Positions 47,899 to 59,000 of a stretch of DNA of 64,000 nucleotides are shown here, in pieces (position 1 is the first letter of the stretch; every line of letters starts with the position of its first letter). The translations under genes were made by a program, and so were the position numbers. The notes beneath the pieces were generated by a model. That model was given only the letters and a program-made list of their open reading frames with translations, did not search any database and was not told the DNA's origin. Source of the stretch: a virus. Lineage: Duplodnaviria > Caudoviricetes. Location: positions 1-64,000 of IMG/VR virus record IMGVR_UViG_3300027749_000080; one strand, given 5' to 3'.

Positions 47899-49003
47899 CA
47901 GTTGCTTGTTGTTTTACTAAGTTATGAATTTCTATAAATTTTTGAGCTAATTCAGTTTTAAAAGTGTGTGAATAGTCTTTTGTCTTTATGTAGCTTTTAA
48001 ATATATCAATAACATTAAATTGATCTTCTGGATTAAAGTCAGTTGAGGTAGACTCATCGGTTACTTGATCAACGTATGTAAAAAATTCAACTTTCCTATG
48101 TGTTGATTTTGAAATAAGTTCTAAAAATCGAGTTACTGAGAATTTATTAACAAAATTTACGCTAATCATAATATCAACAAACGAATTATTTAATTTTTCA
48201 ATTACTTCATTTGCTGGCATTTCTAATAATTGAAATATATCAAATTTCTTATAGACTGGAGATTGAGTATTCTCAATGAACCTCTCAGTTAAGACTTGAG
48301 AAGATACGTCTAATTGATAAAAACCTTTAGTATTATCACGATCTCCTCTGTCCATTTGATATGGTGTTCCAGTATAGAGAACATTTTTAAATTCTTGACG
48401 ATGATGAATATGCCCGGCATAAACGCGTCTATAAGAAGATAGCATATCTACTTCAATTCCGTGTTCAACCTTTGTCCATTTATTAAAACTAAGCCCTTTA
48501 ATATCTGCGTGGCAAACAATATATTCACATAAATCTTTATGATCAGTTATTATTTGGTTTAACCGATTAGTGTCTTCAACCCATGGTAACATTAAAAAGT
48601 TATGGGCTCCGTTAATCGTAATAATTTCAGGATTTTCAAATACATGAATATTATCAGCAATATGTGAGATTGCTTTTAACGAGTGAACTACATTTCTATC
48701 TTTATAGTAAACATCATGGTTTCCTATAATAATATAGATACCTCTTTTAAATTTCTCAGAAAGCTTCTTAAAGATAGTTAAGGCTTCATCATGCACTCTA
48801 ACATTAATTGATTCACGTGAATGAAATACGTCGCCTTCTAAAAATAACACATCTCGATCTTCATCAAAATCTTCATCTACTTTATTAATTAAAAAGTCCA
48901 ATAGAAAATCCTTTTGTATTTGGATCCATTCGATTGAATTATTTTTAATACCTAAATGTAAATCACCAACTAGTGTTATTTTTCTGATATTTGTAAGCTT
49001 CAT
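47891..49003 (-). CDS. gp47: recombination nuclease gp47 (SbcD/Mre11)
   Basis: GDLHLG, GDVFH, GNHD, GHIH, YTGTPYQ. Confidence 0.92.
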   Translation of the reverse strand: MKLTNIRKITLVGDLHLGIKNNSIEWIQIQKDFLLDFLINKVDEDFDEDRDVLFLEGDVFHSRESINVRVHDEALTIFKKLSEKFKRGIYIIIGNHDVYYKDRNVVHSLKAISHIADNIHVFENPEIITINGAHNFLMLPWVEDTNRLNQIITDHKDLCEYIVCHADIKGLSFNKWTKVEHGIEVDMLSSYRRVYAGHIHHRQEFKNVLYTGTPYQMDRGDRDNTKGFYQLDVSSQVLTERFIENTQSPVYKKFDIFQLLEMPANEVIEKLNNSFVDIMISVNFVNKFSVTRFLELISKSTHRKVEFFTYVDQVTDESTSTDFNPEDQFNVIDIFKSYIKTKDYSHTFKTELAQKFIEIHNLVKQQATDE

Positions 49004-49004
49004 T

Positions 49005-49676
49005 TTAAAATATTTTATAGTTCTTACCCATGCTATCTAAAAATCCGTATTTACTATTTAATTCAACTAATAAAAGCTCCTTATTTTCATAAGTTAGCAT
49101 ATCGAATATTTTTTTATATTCCATATTAAGAGTTGAAGAAATTGATTCAAGTACCTGGATTGGGCTAATGAATACGGTTGTATTTGTTCCAGCACTCAAC
49201 CCGTTTAAAATTATACCAAATATTTGGTTAATTTGTACTTTTGTAAATTTTTGCTTTTCAGGCTCATCACCTAGGATCTCCAGCAGTTCAGAGCAACCTT
49301 TGATAAAGTTGTATATGTCTCTTTGTACAATTGTATAGTCTACATGATCAGAATATCTGTCTGGATCGGACATTGAATGAGCAGCCGAACCACTTTCTAA
49401 TTTAATAGCTGAACCTGAAGTTGGTGAATTATTATCGTCTTCGTCATTATGTTCGTATCCTAAATTATAAGTATTTCCAAAAATCTTATCATTTCTTTTT
49501 AGGTCAGAATAGGCAACCTTACGGCGTTCTAATTCTTCTTCGTCATATTCTCCTTCAATTAATCCATCTTCTTCAATAATGACGTCTTCATCGTCAAATT
49601 CTAAGGTATCGTCTTGTTCAACGGTTAAATCATTATCTAAATCTGAAAAATCGTCTGGGTGTTTTCTTGGTGCCAT
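49005..49676 (-). CDS. acidic hypothetical protein (possible gp33-like C-terminal domain)
   Basis: Acidic N-terminus, helical C-terminus. Confidence 0.65.
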   Translation of the reverse strand: MAPRKHPDDFSDLDNDLTVEQDDTLEFDDEDVIIEEDGLIEGEYDEEELERRKVAYSDLKRNDKIFGNTYNLGYEHNDEDDNNSPTSGSAIKLESGSAAHSMSDPDRYSDHVDYTIVQRDIYNFIKGCSELLEILGDEPEKQKFTKVQINQIFGIILNGLSAGTNTTVFISPIQVLESISSTLNMEYKKIFDMLTYENKELLLVELNSKYGFLDSMGKNYKIF

Positions 49677-49692
49677 TTGGTTATGTGTATTT

Positions 49693-51228
49693 TTATATCG
49701 AATTTAGCAAATCATCATAATCTGCAGAAGTTCGATGGGATTGGACTGGTACTGGCATAGCTAGTGCAACATCCATTGGTATTAAATTTTGAGGTAACGT
49801 TGTAGTATTAGTATGAGCAGTTTGGTATTGAGTTCTCATTTGATTTTCAAGAGATTGAGTATCATCGTCATCTGAATAAAATTCGCTAGCTGGATCGTAT
49901 TCTTCAGTTAGTTTAGCAAACTCATAACTCATTCTATACATTTTAAAACTTTCAGTATAGCCACCATCTCTATTTGCAATTAACTTAATCTTCATACGCT
50001 TTTCCATAGGTCCACGAATTAGTCCAAATAGGGAATCTACTGTATGTACTAGACCGAATGATTCTGCAATATCTGACATGCTTAAGTCTTGATCATCAAC
50101 CGCATCTCGTTTAATTTGAGTTGCTGTAATAATGCACCATTCATTTCGGATTGCAACTGCTCTAAGTTCTTCAGAAATAACCTTGATCTTTTCATAAGTA
50201 TTGCCCTGTTCTCTAAGCGGTCTCATTAAGTTAATATAGTCAACTACAATTACGGTAAATTTAATTCCAGAATTTTGTTGAACTTTTAAAAAGTAGTTTT
50301 CTACATCAATTGCTGAGGCAGTTCCAGTAGGAAATTCCTTAACAATTAATTGGCCAAGTTGAGGCATATCTAACTTAAGCTTTTGTATTTTACTAGTAAC
50401 TTCAGATACTTGATTATTATCAAGCATTGAATCATAGTCCTTAAATGGAATACTTAATATACTTGAGCCAAGCCTCTTCATGTATTTACGGTCAGATAAT
50501 TCAAGAGTTCCTATGCCTACATGACAGCCTGCCATAAATGCTCTGGCTGCAATATTTGAAAGAACCATTGATTTACCTACTTTAGGTCTTCCTTGAAAAA
50601 CTACTAATGTTTTTGGATTCCAACCTCCACCTAATGTTTTATCAAAGAATGGGAAGCCGGTTGGATTTCCAATTTTTGAAAGTTGAACGTGATCTATTGA
50701 AGTAAAAAAGTTTAGACCAGACTCTGCGCTTGTAAATGAAACATTTAATTTGCTATTGAATTTTTCTCTAACATCATTTGTAATTAATTCAACATTCTCC
50801 GGATTAATATCGGTTGTCTTTAAATACGACAATACATCAATTACTGATGCATTTAAGTTTTTATAGAAAATAAAAGCCTTTGTATATTTAAAAAGAAACT
50901 CATAATTATAACTAGATAAGTCTACTTCAAATAGTGAATTAAATTTTTGTTCTGAAATATCTAGATTTGAAAGATTTGCAATTTGGCGTAATTCATTTCG
51001 AGTTGGAATTTTAGAGTATTCAATGAACCATTTTTTAGCTTCACGATATAGTCTTTGTAAGGTATCATCGTTAAAGTAATGAGCTTTAATTAAAGGAATA
51101 ACTTCGCGTTTGTCTAATGAGTCGAAGTTTTTAGGCTTAATGATTACATCATTGTCATCTTCGGTTAGAACAAAGTTAAAAATTATTTTTTCGAGAAGCT
51201 CAATGTTCTCTTTGAAATCTATCATCAT
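49693..51228 (-). CDS. gp41: replicative helicase gp41 (DnaB-like)
   Basis: PTGF..FD..LGGG, GRPKVGKS, KEFPTG, VDYINL, ATQIKR, IAESFGL. Confidence 0.92.
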   Translation of the reverse strand: MMIDFKENIELLEKIIFNFVLTEDDNDVIIKPKNFDSLDKREVIPLIKAHYFNDDTLQRLYREAKKWFIEYSKIPTRNELRQIANLSNLDISEQKFNSLFEVDLSSYNYEFLFKYTKAFIFYKNLNASVIDVLSYLKTTDINPENVELITNDVREKFNSKLNVSFTSAESGLNFFTSIDHVQLSKIGNPTGFPFFDKTLGGGWNPKTLVVFQGRPKVGKSMVLSNIAARAFMAGCHVGIGTLELSDRKYMKRLGSSILSIPFKDYDSMLDNNQVSEVTSKIQKLKLDMPQLGQLIVKEFPTGTASAIDVENYFLKVQQNSGIKFTVIVVDYINLMRPLREQGNTYEKIKVISEELRAVAIRNEWCIITATQIKRDAVDDQDLSMSDIAESFGLVHTVDSLFGLIRGPMEKRMKIKLIANRDGGYTESFKMYRMSYEFAKLTEEYDPASEFYSDDDDTQSLENQMRTQYQTAHTNTTTLPQNLIPMDVALAMPVPVQSHRTSADYDDLLNSI

Positions 51229-51233
51229 ATTTT

Positions 51234-51572
51234 TTAGTTCGAAATTATATAAAATTTTAAAAATTCAGATTGATCAATTATTATAAATTCACCTTTCTTA
51301 ATTAGGGTAGTGTCTTCTATTAAGTCTTTCATTAATAGTTTTAGTTTTTCTAAAAATTCAGCAGTTAATTTATCTCCAAATACATATTTTAAAGTCTTTG
51401 TTGAAAACTTAATATCTTCTGGGTCAAAATCTTTAGACTTGACTTGGGTAACTTTTACAATGTATGAAAGAATATCAAATATAAAGTCTTGCCTAGTCGG
51501 ATAGCTAGGCAAGACTGTATGCGAATCTAGTAAATATTTAAGCGGAATATTTGGCTGTAATTTAAAGGTCAT
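51234..51572 (-). CDS. hypothetical protein
   Basis: 112 aa between uvsX and gp41. Confidence 0.65.
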   Translation of the reverse strand: MTFKLQPNIPLKYLLDSHTVLPSYPTRQDFIFDILSYIVKVTQVKSKDFDPEDIKFSTKTLKYVFGDKLTAEFLEKLKLLMKDLIEDTTLIKKGEFIIIDQSEFLKFYIISN

Positions 51573-52752
51573 TGTCAGAATCAGTTAAATCTTCTAATTC
51601 ATCTATTTCCATTTCGTCTATTCCATCTTGAGTTTCAGGAAATTTAAACTTAGGTTTAATGGTAGTCTCATCTAATTGAGTTAGCACTTCATGAGTAAAT
51701 AGCCTAGCTGAGAAAAATTCTTTAACTGGAACCGCATCACCATTGTGTTTAATGATATATGTTTTTCCAAGTTTTTTTGGTAGAAAATAGAAAGTCTCTC
51801 CAGCCACTTCAAATTTTGAACATAATTCGGATTCATCTGGTTTTAGTTTAGAGAATTCCTTTTCAGTTAACTTATTACCTCTACCAACTCCACATGTTTC
51901 CCAACTAACATACTGCTCAAGGCCGACAAATGGATTCATACCTTTATGGAATGAAATATGAAATTCAATATCAATCGGTCGAGCTAAACGATTCTTTTTA
52001 GTTTTAGAACGAACAATAATTCCAGTAGTGGTTTTAGCTTCATCGCGAAGAGTTCCTTTACTCAACATCAAAATAATTGATGCAGAGAATTCTGGACCGC
52101 CACCGCCGGACATACCCTTTGGAGTGTATTGATCCATTGAGGCATATGTGTGGTTTGTAAAAATAAATGGAACTTTATAATTTGAAAGATCCAAAGTTAA
52201 TGATTTGAATAGTGACCTCATTTCTTTTGCACGAAGTCCCATATCTGCAGCATTTTTACCTGCATCCATATCGCGTTGACTCTTATCAGTATCAAGCATT
52301 CCTACTGAATCTACAAATAGTGCAATTTTAAGTCCTGGATTCTCCTTGATTGTGTCAATTAGATCATGAACATAGAATTTAACTTCACTAATAAGACCCA
52401 TACGTAAATATTTTAATTTAGTTAGGTCTACTCCAAATTTAACATAGTCACTTGAATCAATTGCACCTTCGGTGTCAATATAAATTACCATGTAATCCAT
52501 TTTTTGTAATTCACGAACTGCATTTAAGCATAGGAATGTTTTACCTGAACCTGAATCTCCAGCAATTCCAATACTTCGAGTATTGGGATAACCTCCAAAT
52601 AAGGATCCTGACATTTGTGCATTTAATAAGTAATTTCCAGTTGGAATGTACTCTTCAATATCAGAGAAGCCTCTGATTTCAATTTTTGATTTGACTTTTT
52701 TCTCGAGCAAGTCGTTAAACTTGGCGAATGCGTCCATTGTTGATTTTGCCAT
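51562..52752 (-). CDS. uvsX: RecA-like recombinase UvsX
   Basis: TGNYLLN..MSG...GG, AGDSGSGKT, IDTEGA, VDSVG, DMG.RAK, NHTY, MSGG. Confidence 0.92.
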   Translation of the reverse strand: MAKSTMDAFAKFNDLLEKKVKSKIEIRGFSDIEEYIPTGNYLLNAQMSGSLFGGYPNTRSIGIAGDSGSGKTFLCLNAVRELQKMDYMVIYIDTEGAIDSSDYVKFGVDLTKLKYLRMGLISEVKFYVHDLIDTIKENPGLKIALFVDSVGMLDTDKSQRDMDAGKNAADMGLRAKEMRSLFKSLTLDLSNYKVPFIFTNHTYASMDQYTPKGMSGGGGPEFSASIILMLSKGTLRDEAKTTTGIIVRSKTKKNRLARPIDIEFHISFHKGMNPFVGLEQYVSWETCGVGRGNKLTEKEFSKLKPDESELCSKFEVAGETFYFLPKKLGKTYIIKHNGDAVPVKEFFSARLFTHEVLTQLDETTIKPKFKFPETQDGIDEMEIDELEDLTDSDNDL

Positions 52753-52803
52753 GTGTATAAAATTAATATTTTAATATCTTTTACAAAGGATACTAAAATG
52801 GGT

Positions 52804-53373
52804 TTAGTTAAAATATGAAGCTAGTAAAAAAGATCCAGATAGGATTGTTGTATCTGGAAAATCACCATTAACTACTTGATGAAATCCTATATTAATGATT
52901 TTTGAATCGTCCTTTGTAAAATTATCTTTTGAAAGATTTCTGGTAAATTCAAATCCATCTTTTGCAGGTTTACCTAAATCAATTCCATAACAGTGCATGG
53001 TTAGAGTTATTGGAGAATTCATTGCAATATCTCCCAAATAAAATATTTGGTTCTCAGTTAAACCGAGTTGTTCAATATTTAAGCCAGCTTCTTCAACTAG
53101 CGCTCTACATACCGAATCATATGGAGTACGGTCTAGGTCTGAATTGACTTCGTCTATAATTAAGGTATGTGCAGTTTGACCATTTGCCTTATTTGAAAAC
53201 TCAAGAGCATAAATTGACTTAATTGTATCCTCAGCCGTTTTAGTAAATGGTATTAAACAAATATATTCTGAATCAACTGATAAGTATTGAGCTGAGTGTT
53301 GATCACGGTTAACTGTTAATAAGTTAAATTTTCCTATTTTGCTAGGGGTTTCATTAGATACTTGATTATGCAT
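52804..53373 (-). CDS. Nudix-like protein (degenerate box)
   Basis: TPYDSVCRALVEEAGL resembles the Nudix REuxEExG motif. Confidence 0.5.
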   Translation of the reverse strand: MHNQVSNETPSKIGKFNLLTVNRDQHSAQYLSVDSEYICLIPFTKTAEDTIKSIYALEFSNKANGQTAHTLIIDEVNSDLDRTPYDSVCRALVEEAGLNIEQLGLTENQIFYLGDIAMNSPITLTMHCYGIDLGKPAKDGFEFTRNLSKDNFTKDDSKIINIGFHQVVNGDFPDTTILSGSFLLASYFN

Positions 53374-54031
53374 TAGCTGTAGATTTTTTAGTAGGTGTTG
53401 TACTCAACATTTTCTTCATAGTCTTTTTAATTGAGTCAGCAGTTACGTTATTATTTATATAGTCAGACAATTTTGTCAAAAACTCTTCTTTATTCTTAGA
53501 GTTTGAATACATCATCTTTAATAAATTTTTACTAGGTAATTTAATTTTAACAGAAAGAGCTAAATCCGTATCTTCTAGTGAAAACATACCGAATAAGTCA
53601 CCTGGATCAGTAGATACTTTAAGTTGAACCGGTTGAGGTGGTGGAGCTATTGGTTTTGGCGCAATAATTTCAGACCTAAATTCGGCTGGAATTTCTTCAG
53701 TTACTTTAAAATCTTCATTTAATGAAGGAATATAATTGATTGACTGAATTTCGGCCATTGACATTGGCTGTTGATCTTCAGAAATCATCATTAGGTCAGA
53801 AGAAACTCGGTCAGTATCAAGTTGAGTACCGTCTGATAGTACTGCCATAAATCTGCCATTCCTAGAAGGCAGGACATCTCTAACTTGGACTACTTTCCCT
53901 AGTTTAGTTTTATCATTGGTTTTTATCCATTGAAAGTCGTTTGATTGGAAGCTGCTTTTTATTGCAACTAAGGTATCAATATCGTAGTTATTCATAATTA
54001 TGTTTTTTATTTTTTTAAGCCACTTTTTCAC
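53366..54031 (-). CDS. hypothetical protein
   Basis: 221-aa ORF overlapping both neighbours; true start may be the second Met (about 53995). Confidence 0.7.
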   Translation of the reverse strand: MKKWLKKIKNIIMNNYDIDTLVAIKSSFQSNDFQWIKTNDKTKLGKVVQVRDVLPSRNGRFMAVLSDGTQLDTDRVSSDLMMISEDQQPMSMAEIQSINYIPSLNEDFKVTEEIPAEFRSEIIAPKPIAPPPQPVQLKVSTDPGDLFGMFSLEDTDLALSVKIKLPSKNLLKMMYSNSKNKEEFLTKLSDYINNNVTADSIKKTMKKMLSTTPTKKSTANA

Positions 54032-55397
54032 TTGACAATTGTTCTTCTAATTTTTTCATTTGATTCTTTGTATCTACTCGACCATTATATAATTTAGTAA
54101 GAATTGTTCGAGCAGCTGAATCCATTTTATTTGTGAAGACTGTATCGTTTTTTGTTAATATTTGGTCAGGTTGTAGTTCAATACCGGGTTTAATTTTTCC
54201 CAAATACGCATCTGGCGAAATATTAAATTGAATTTGAATGTTTGGATACATTGAGGCAAAGTCAAAACATGAAACATACTTGTAATAGCCAGGTTCAGGT
54301 TTTGCAACATACGCTCCATCATAAGTTGCATCTTCTTCTAGGTCTCTTCTGTCATTTGCCATATAACGGCCTCTATCTAAAAACTCACGACACATTAATG
54401 ATTCAGTAATGAATACAGCGGAGAATACTTTTGAAACATCAACCTTTGCAAATTTTGAAATTGCAAATGCAACATCAAGTAGTCCAAGTTTATCTTCAAT
54501 TAGCTTAATAAGAATGGTATCAATAATATTATACTTGATAAAGTTTTCAATATCTTGTTGGGCCTCCATCATGGTTGCATATTCACTATGAAGTTTAGTT
54601 GTTCCTAATACTAGGTTAGCAATATAATCTAATTTATAATTTTCAACTACTTTATAAGGTTTAGTATTCATGAATACTTCCATGTAATCTAAAAGACCTA
54701 AATGAACTGGCATTTTTGATTTACCAATTAAGGTTTTAGACGGCATTGTTTGCATTGGATCAATATCCAATTTTTTACAACGATTAATTAGATAAATCCA
54801 GTCAAATCCAATAACATTCCAACCAGTTAAGAATGGAATTTTTGGAAGAACTTTATGAAAGAACGTTTTCATTAACTCTTCTTCAGTTTCAAAGAAGAGA
54901 TATTTAAGAGTAAAGGTTTGACCATGTGCTTTAAAGTAGTCATTCACTTCATCTTGCATTTGTAAAATTGGAGACTCTTCCAATTTCTTCATGGTTGACA
55001 TTACAAAACAAACATTGTCCTCATTAACAAAAGTAATTAAATTAACTGGCATTGCTGCTTTTGCTGGATCAGGAAACTCTTGTGAAGTTAACTGAATCTC
55101 AATATCTAAATAATATTTTTTTGGACTGTCATCTGAATAAATTGAGGCAAGCTCAGTTTCATCTAATCTGGTTTGTGTTAATTCCTCAAGTCTAAATTTA
55201 CTTAACCATTTACCTTGAACTTTTTTTAGGAACTTTCCATCCCAATTTCTGTGTTCAGTTGGGGTTGGAGTTAAGTTCCAATTATAAAGATCATGAGGGA
55301 GTATTGGCTTTTTCATAAAGCCGATTGTACCATCCGGTTTATAATAAGAAATGACTAGAGTCGAGTCTTCTGTGTGAAATTCTGTGCTTACAATCAT
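54015..55397 (-). CDS. gp43: family-B DNA polymerase, N-terminal half (3'-5' exonuclease, motif A, first fingers helix)
   Basis: ExoI LDIE, ExoII GWNVIGFD, ExoIII YNIID, YDGAYV, motif A DFASMYP, NISPD; stops before motif B. Confidence 0.9.
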   Translation of the reverse strand: MIVSTEFHTEDSTLVISYYKPDGTIGFMKKPILPHDLYNWNLTPTPTEHRNWDGKFLKKVQGKWLSKFRLEELTQTRLDETELASIYSDDSPKKYYLDIEIQLTSQEFPDPAKAAMPVNLITFVNEDNVCFVMSTMKKLEESPILQMQDEVNDYFKAHGQTFTLKYLFFETEEELMKTFFHKVLPKIPFLTGWNVIGFDWIYLINRCKKLDIDPMQTMPSKTLIGKSKMPVHLGLLDYMEVFMNTKPYKVVENYKLDYIANLVLGTTKLHSEYATMMEAQQDIENFIKYNIIDTILIKLIEDKLGLLDVAFAISKFAKVDVSKVFSAVFITESLMCREFLDRGRYMANDRRDLEEDATYDGAYVAKPEPGYYKYVSCFDFASMYPNIQIQFNISPDAYLGKIKPGIELQPDQILTKNDTVFTNKMDSAARTILTKLYNGRVDTKNQMKKLEEQLSSEKVA

Positions 55398-55417
55398 ATT
55401 AGTTAATATACCAAAAA

Positions 55418-55855
55418 TTAATGGGTTCCAGTTGAACCAAACCCGCCTTCTCCACGTTCAGTTGTCTCAGAATAAAGCTCTTCAAATGGAACATCCTCAA
55501 TTATATCATAAAATACTGGAACAAGTACAAACTGGATCAATTTTTGACCTGGTGTTATGATTTGGGTTTCGGTTCCAACATTAATCACATGGATATGAAT
55601 TTCTCCTTGATAATCTTCATCGCAGACTTCCGCACCTTTAATTAATAATTGTTTAGTTGCAACCCCGGACTTGTTAAAGGCAGTTAACATATACCCAGTA
55701 GGAATGTCAGCTTTAATACCAGTTGGAATTAGTGCAGAGTTCCCAGGAAGTAATGCTAGTTCAGGATAATCATTTGGAACAAAAAAATCTATACCTGCAG
55801 ATTTAGAGGTTCCCCTGGTTGGGATCTTAACGTCCCGAATTCTTGAAATTTTCAT
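55418..55855 (-). CDS. dut: trimeric dUTPase
   Basis: SAGIDF, NKSG, DEDYQGEI, RGEGGFGSTG. Confidence 0.93.
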   Translation of the reverse strand: MKISRIRDVKIPTRGTSKSAGIDFFVPNDYPELALLPGNSALIPTGIKADIPTGYMLTAFNKSGVATKQLLIKGAEVCDEDYQGEIHIHVINVGTETQIITPGQKLIQFVLVPVFYDIIEDVPFEELYSETTERGEGGFGSTGTH

Positions 55856-56029
55856 TAAATATTGGTTTTATATAGTATTACTTGTTCTTTTACCCCCAAA
55901 GTGAAAAAAGTTTAACTTTGGATACAATATTGCTGATAAATAACTTTATCAACTCGTAGACCGTTTTTAAATTTATGAATTTGGGACGAATGCGATAAAT
56001 AAATAACTTCAAAATAATACGCAAAAGCG

Positions 56030-59000
56030 ATGGCAGAAAAATTAAATCTGAACAGATACAAGTCAAGCGGTGTCTACACAGTAGAAATTGATGAGAGTAC
56101 TAACCTTTCATTACCTCTTTCAACTGGAAGATTGGTAATTGGCTCAAGTAAAAAAGGCCCAATCAATTCAGTAGTACTAGTTAATGACTTACGTACATTA
56201 TCAGCAGTATATGGTGATATTGACTCTAAATTAGAAAAAAATGGTAATTATTTTCATAGAACTATCGAAGTCGCATTAAGAAATGGACCAGTTTATGCAC
56301 TAAATTTATTGCCTATTGCTGATTCGGATGTTGCATATTTTACAACATTTAATACAGAAGCAGCTTCAAATAACTCAAGTTGGTCAGCAAGTTCTTACCA
56401 AAGCAGCATAGCTGATTTTTATAATACTCAAAAACTATGGTTTGCTGATGTTGACGCTGTTAACAAATATAAAAACTTAGCATTAGGCGATTCATTCCCA
56501 GCAACTGGAACAGTAGATAAAGATGCAAACAAGCTGTTAAGCTTAGTTAACTTGTCTAAGAAACATGTTACCTCATGGGCTAGAATAGCTGATACAACCG
56601 GATACGATATTAAAGTTAAGGAATATTATAAATTACTTGGAGATAAGGTTGAAGTTCCTGATTTCTTACACCCTGACGATTATGTTTCTGACTATTTTGT
56701 AGAACTAGCAGTAGTTGAAGGAGACTGGTCAGATGCTCTTAGATTATCAAAAGACCCAATTTACCAACAGTACTTTAATGCAAGCGGTATCATTTTATCA
56801 AAGTTAAATGATTTCCTATCATTAAAAGAAGTTACCGTTGTTAACCGTACAATTGGAGCCATTATCCCAGACTTTAGAGACCTAGCTGGATCACCAGCTG
56901 CATTAGATCATTTATTTAATAATAAGTTTTCTACTTCTGGAGTTTATTGTGCTCTTGACTACAAGAAAATTGATATGATCGATTTGCTAAACAATCCAGT
57001 ATTCGATGGTGGACCAGGTTCGCCAGAAAATGTTGAAACCCAAAGATTAGACCTAGTAGGTTACGGGTTTGATGAAATTGATGCTCAAGTTTATTCAGTA
57101 GATACAGGTAACCCAGATTTATCAATTGAGCCAGTTAAATTAATTGATGTACTAAGTTACAAAAAAACTGCTGGTTACAAATATTATTTCAATATTCCAA
57201 CCACTTCACCTGATAACTACGATATTTTACCAGGCGCAGCACTTAGCCTTGGCGAAATGTATACGGTTAATCCAACTGGTTCTGACAATAATTATATTAT
57301 TGCAACAATCGGTAGTCCACTGTATAATGCATGGGCAAATGGATTTATTAAAACTGGAGATACTTTACTTACAGGATCTACTAGATACTTATCAACTGAT
57401 GGAGTAATTAAAACAGTTATGAATGGTATGGTTAAAGTTAGCTATATTGAATTTTATGCATATAGCGATTTAACTTATACTAACCAAGTTGATGCAGCTG
57501 CAATAACTAGTGGATCTAATAAGTATCTACATATTGTGTCATCTACTTCTACTGAATTTAATATTGATTTCGATTTAACTGACACTGACATATTTATGCC
57601 AGGCTTTAATTATTTTGCGCCTAACCAATTAGTAGTTACCCTAACTCCTACCCTTTATGGAAATCCAGCAAAGAAAGAAACGCCAAATGGAAATGCTGCA
57701 TATAATGCAGACCTAAGAGGTGATATTGACAACTTTATTAAAACTGGTCAATACGTTAAAGCTAGAGTACTTACAGACGGCAATGGTGACCCAGTTATTC
57801 GTGAACGTTTATTAAGGATTAAAACTGTGTATGCAAAAAAAGTAAGTGTTACTTATTTAGGAGATCCTACTAGCACGCTACAATATACAATTACAGTAGA
57901 TTCTCCATTAGATACAAATGTAACTGGAATTGATCTTACTGATTCAATATTAAAGGTATATAAAGGAATTAAAAATTATGTAACTGATCTTACTGGTTTT
58001 TATGTACCGGCAATGTCTCTTGATGAAACTGGTTTATATCCTAACGGAACATCTACTCGTCAAAATAAGATTCTTGACTATATGTTTGAGAATACTAATA
58101 TTGCATCAACTATTGCAGATAATGAGACCCTAAACTTCCGATATATTATCGATTCATTTGAAGGTCAAATTGCACCTGCTTCTAAACAGCAACTTGCACA
58201 GCTTGCAGCAAATCACGGAAAAGCACTAGCTATTTGTAATGCTCCATCTTTTGCTCAATATGAGAAATCAATTGACCCAAGCTTTATCGATTTTAACACT
58301 AACTTAGTATCAACTGAGTATATTTCAACTGGTGGTAATCTATCTTCAAATCCTGAATTTACATTTGGATTTGCAAGTGGAGATAAGAATGGTATTGCAA
58401 TTGCATCTTACGCTGCATATTTTATGCCTAACCTAGTAATATTTGACAATGGTAGAAGTAAATCAGTTCCACCTGCTGCATATATTGCAAATACGTATAT
58501 GAAAAAATATACAGGCGGAAATACTTTCTCAATTGTTGCAGGTAAGCGCGGTATTATTACTGAGCCAGAAGTAACTGGACTAGAGTATGACTTAACTAAT
58601 GACGACCGAGATTATTTAGAACCAGTAGGTTTTAATATGATCGTTAGACGTAGAGGTTTCGGAGTAATGATTTTCTCAAATAACACAGGTTATCAAAGAG
58701 TAAAATCTGCACTTAATAACATCCACGTTAGAGAGGCATTAGTAACAATTGAAAGAGATATTGAAAGAATCTTATTGAATTATCTCTTTGAATTTAACGA
58801 TCCAACTACTAGACTAAGAGTTAAAACACTAGTTAAAAACTACTTAGAAGCAGTTCAAGATGCTAGAGGTATTGCAACATTTGATGTAATATTTGATGAT
58901 TCAAATAACGGTTCTGAGGTTCTTGAAAATAATGCTGGTGTAATTGATATTATTGTTGATTTCCCAAGAGGTATTCAAAAGTTTATCAACCGTATTACAA

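Noticed and set aside
52717-52752. FxxF at the UvsX N-terminus (MDAFAKFNDLLE), similar to ORF 1220 (FFDSF) and ORF 33745 (RWKQFV), as cargo tags
   Set aside because: Imperfect matches in non-cargo contexts; they show the short pattern can arise by chance, so they were excluded from the tag list
14654-55397. Split intein or intron joining the polymerase halves
   Set aside because: No Cys/Ser-initiated intein N-fragment after the N-half, no His-Asn-Cys/Ser junction in the C-half, and no room for intron structure in the flanks
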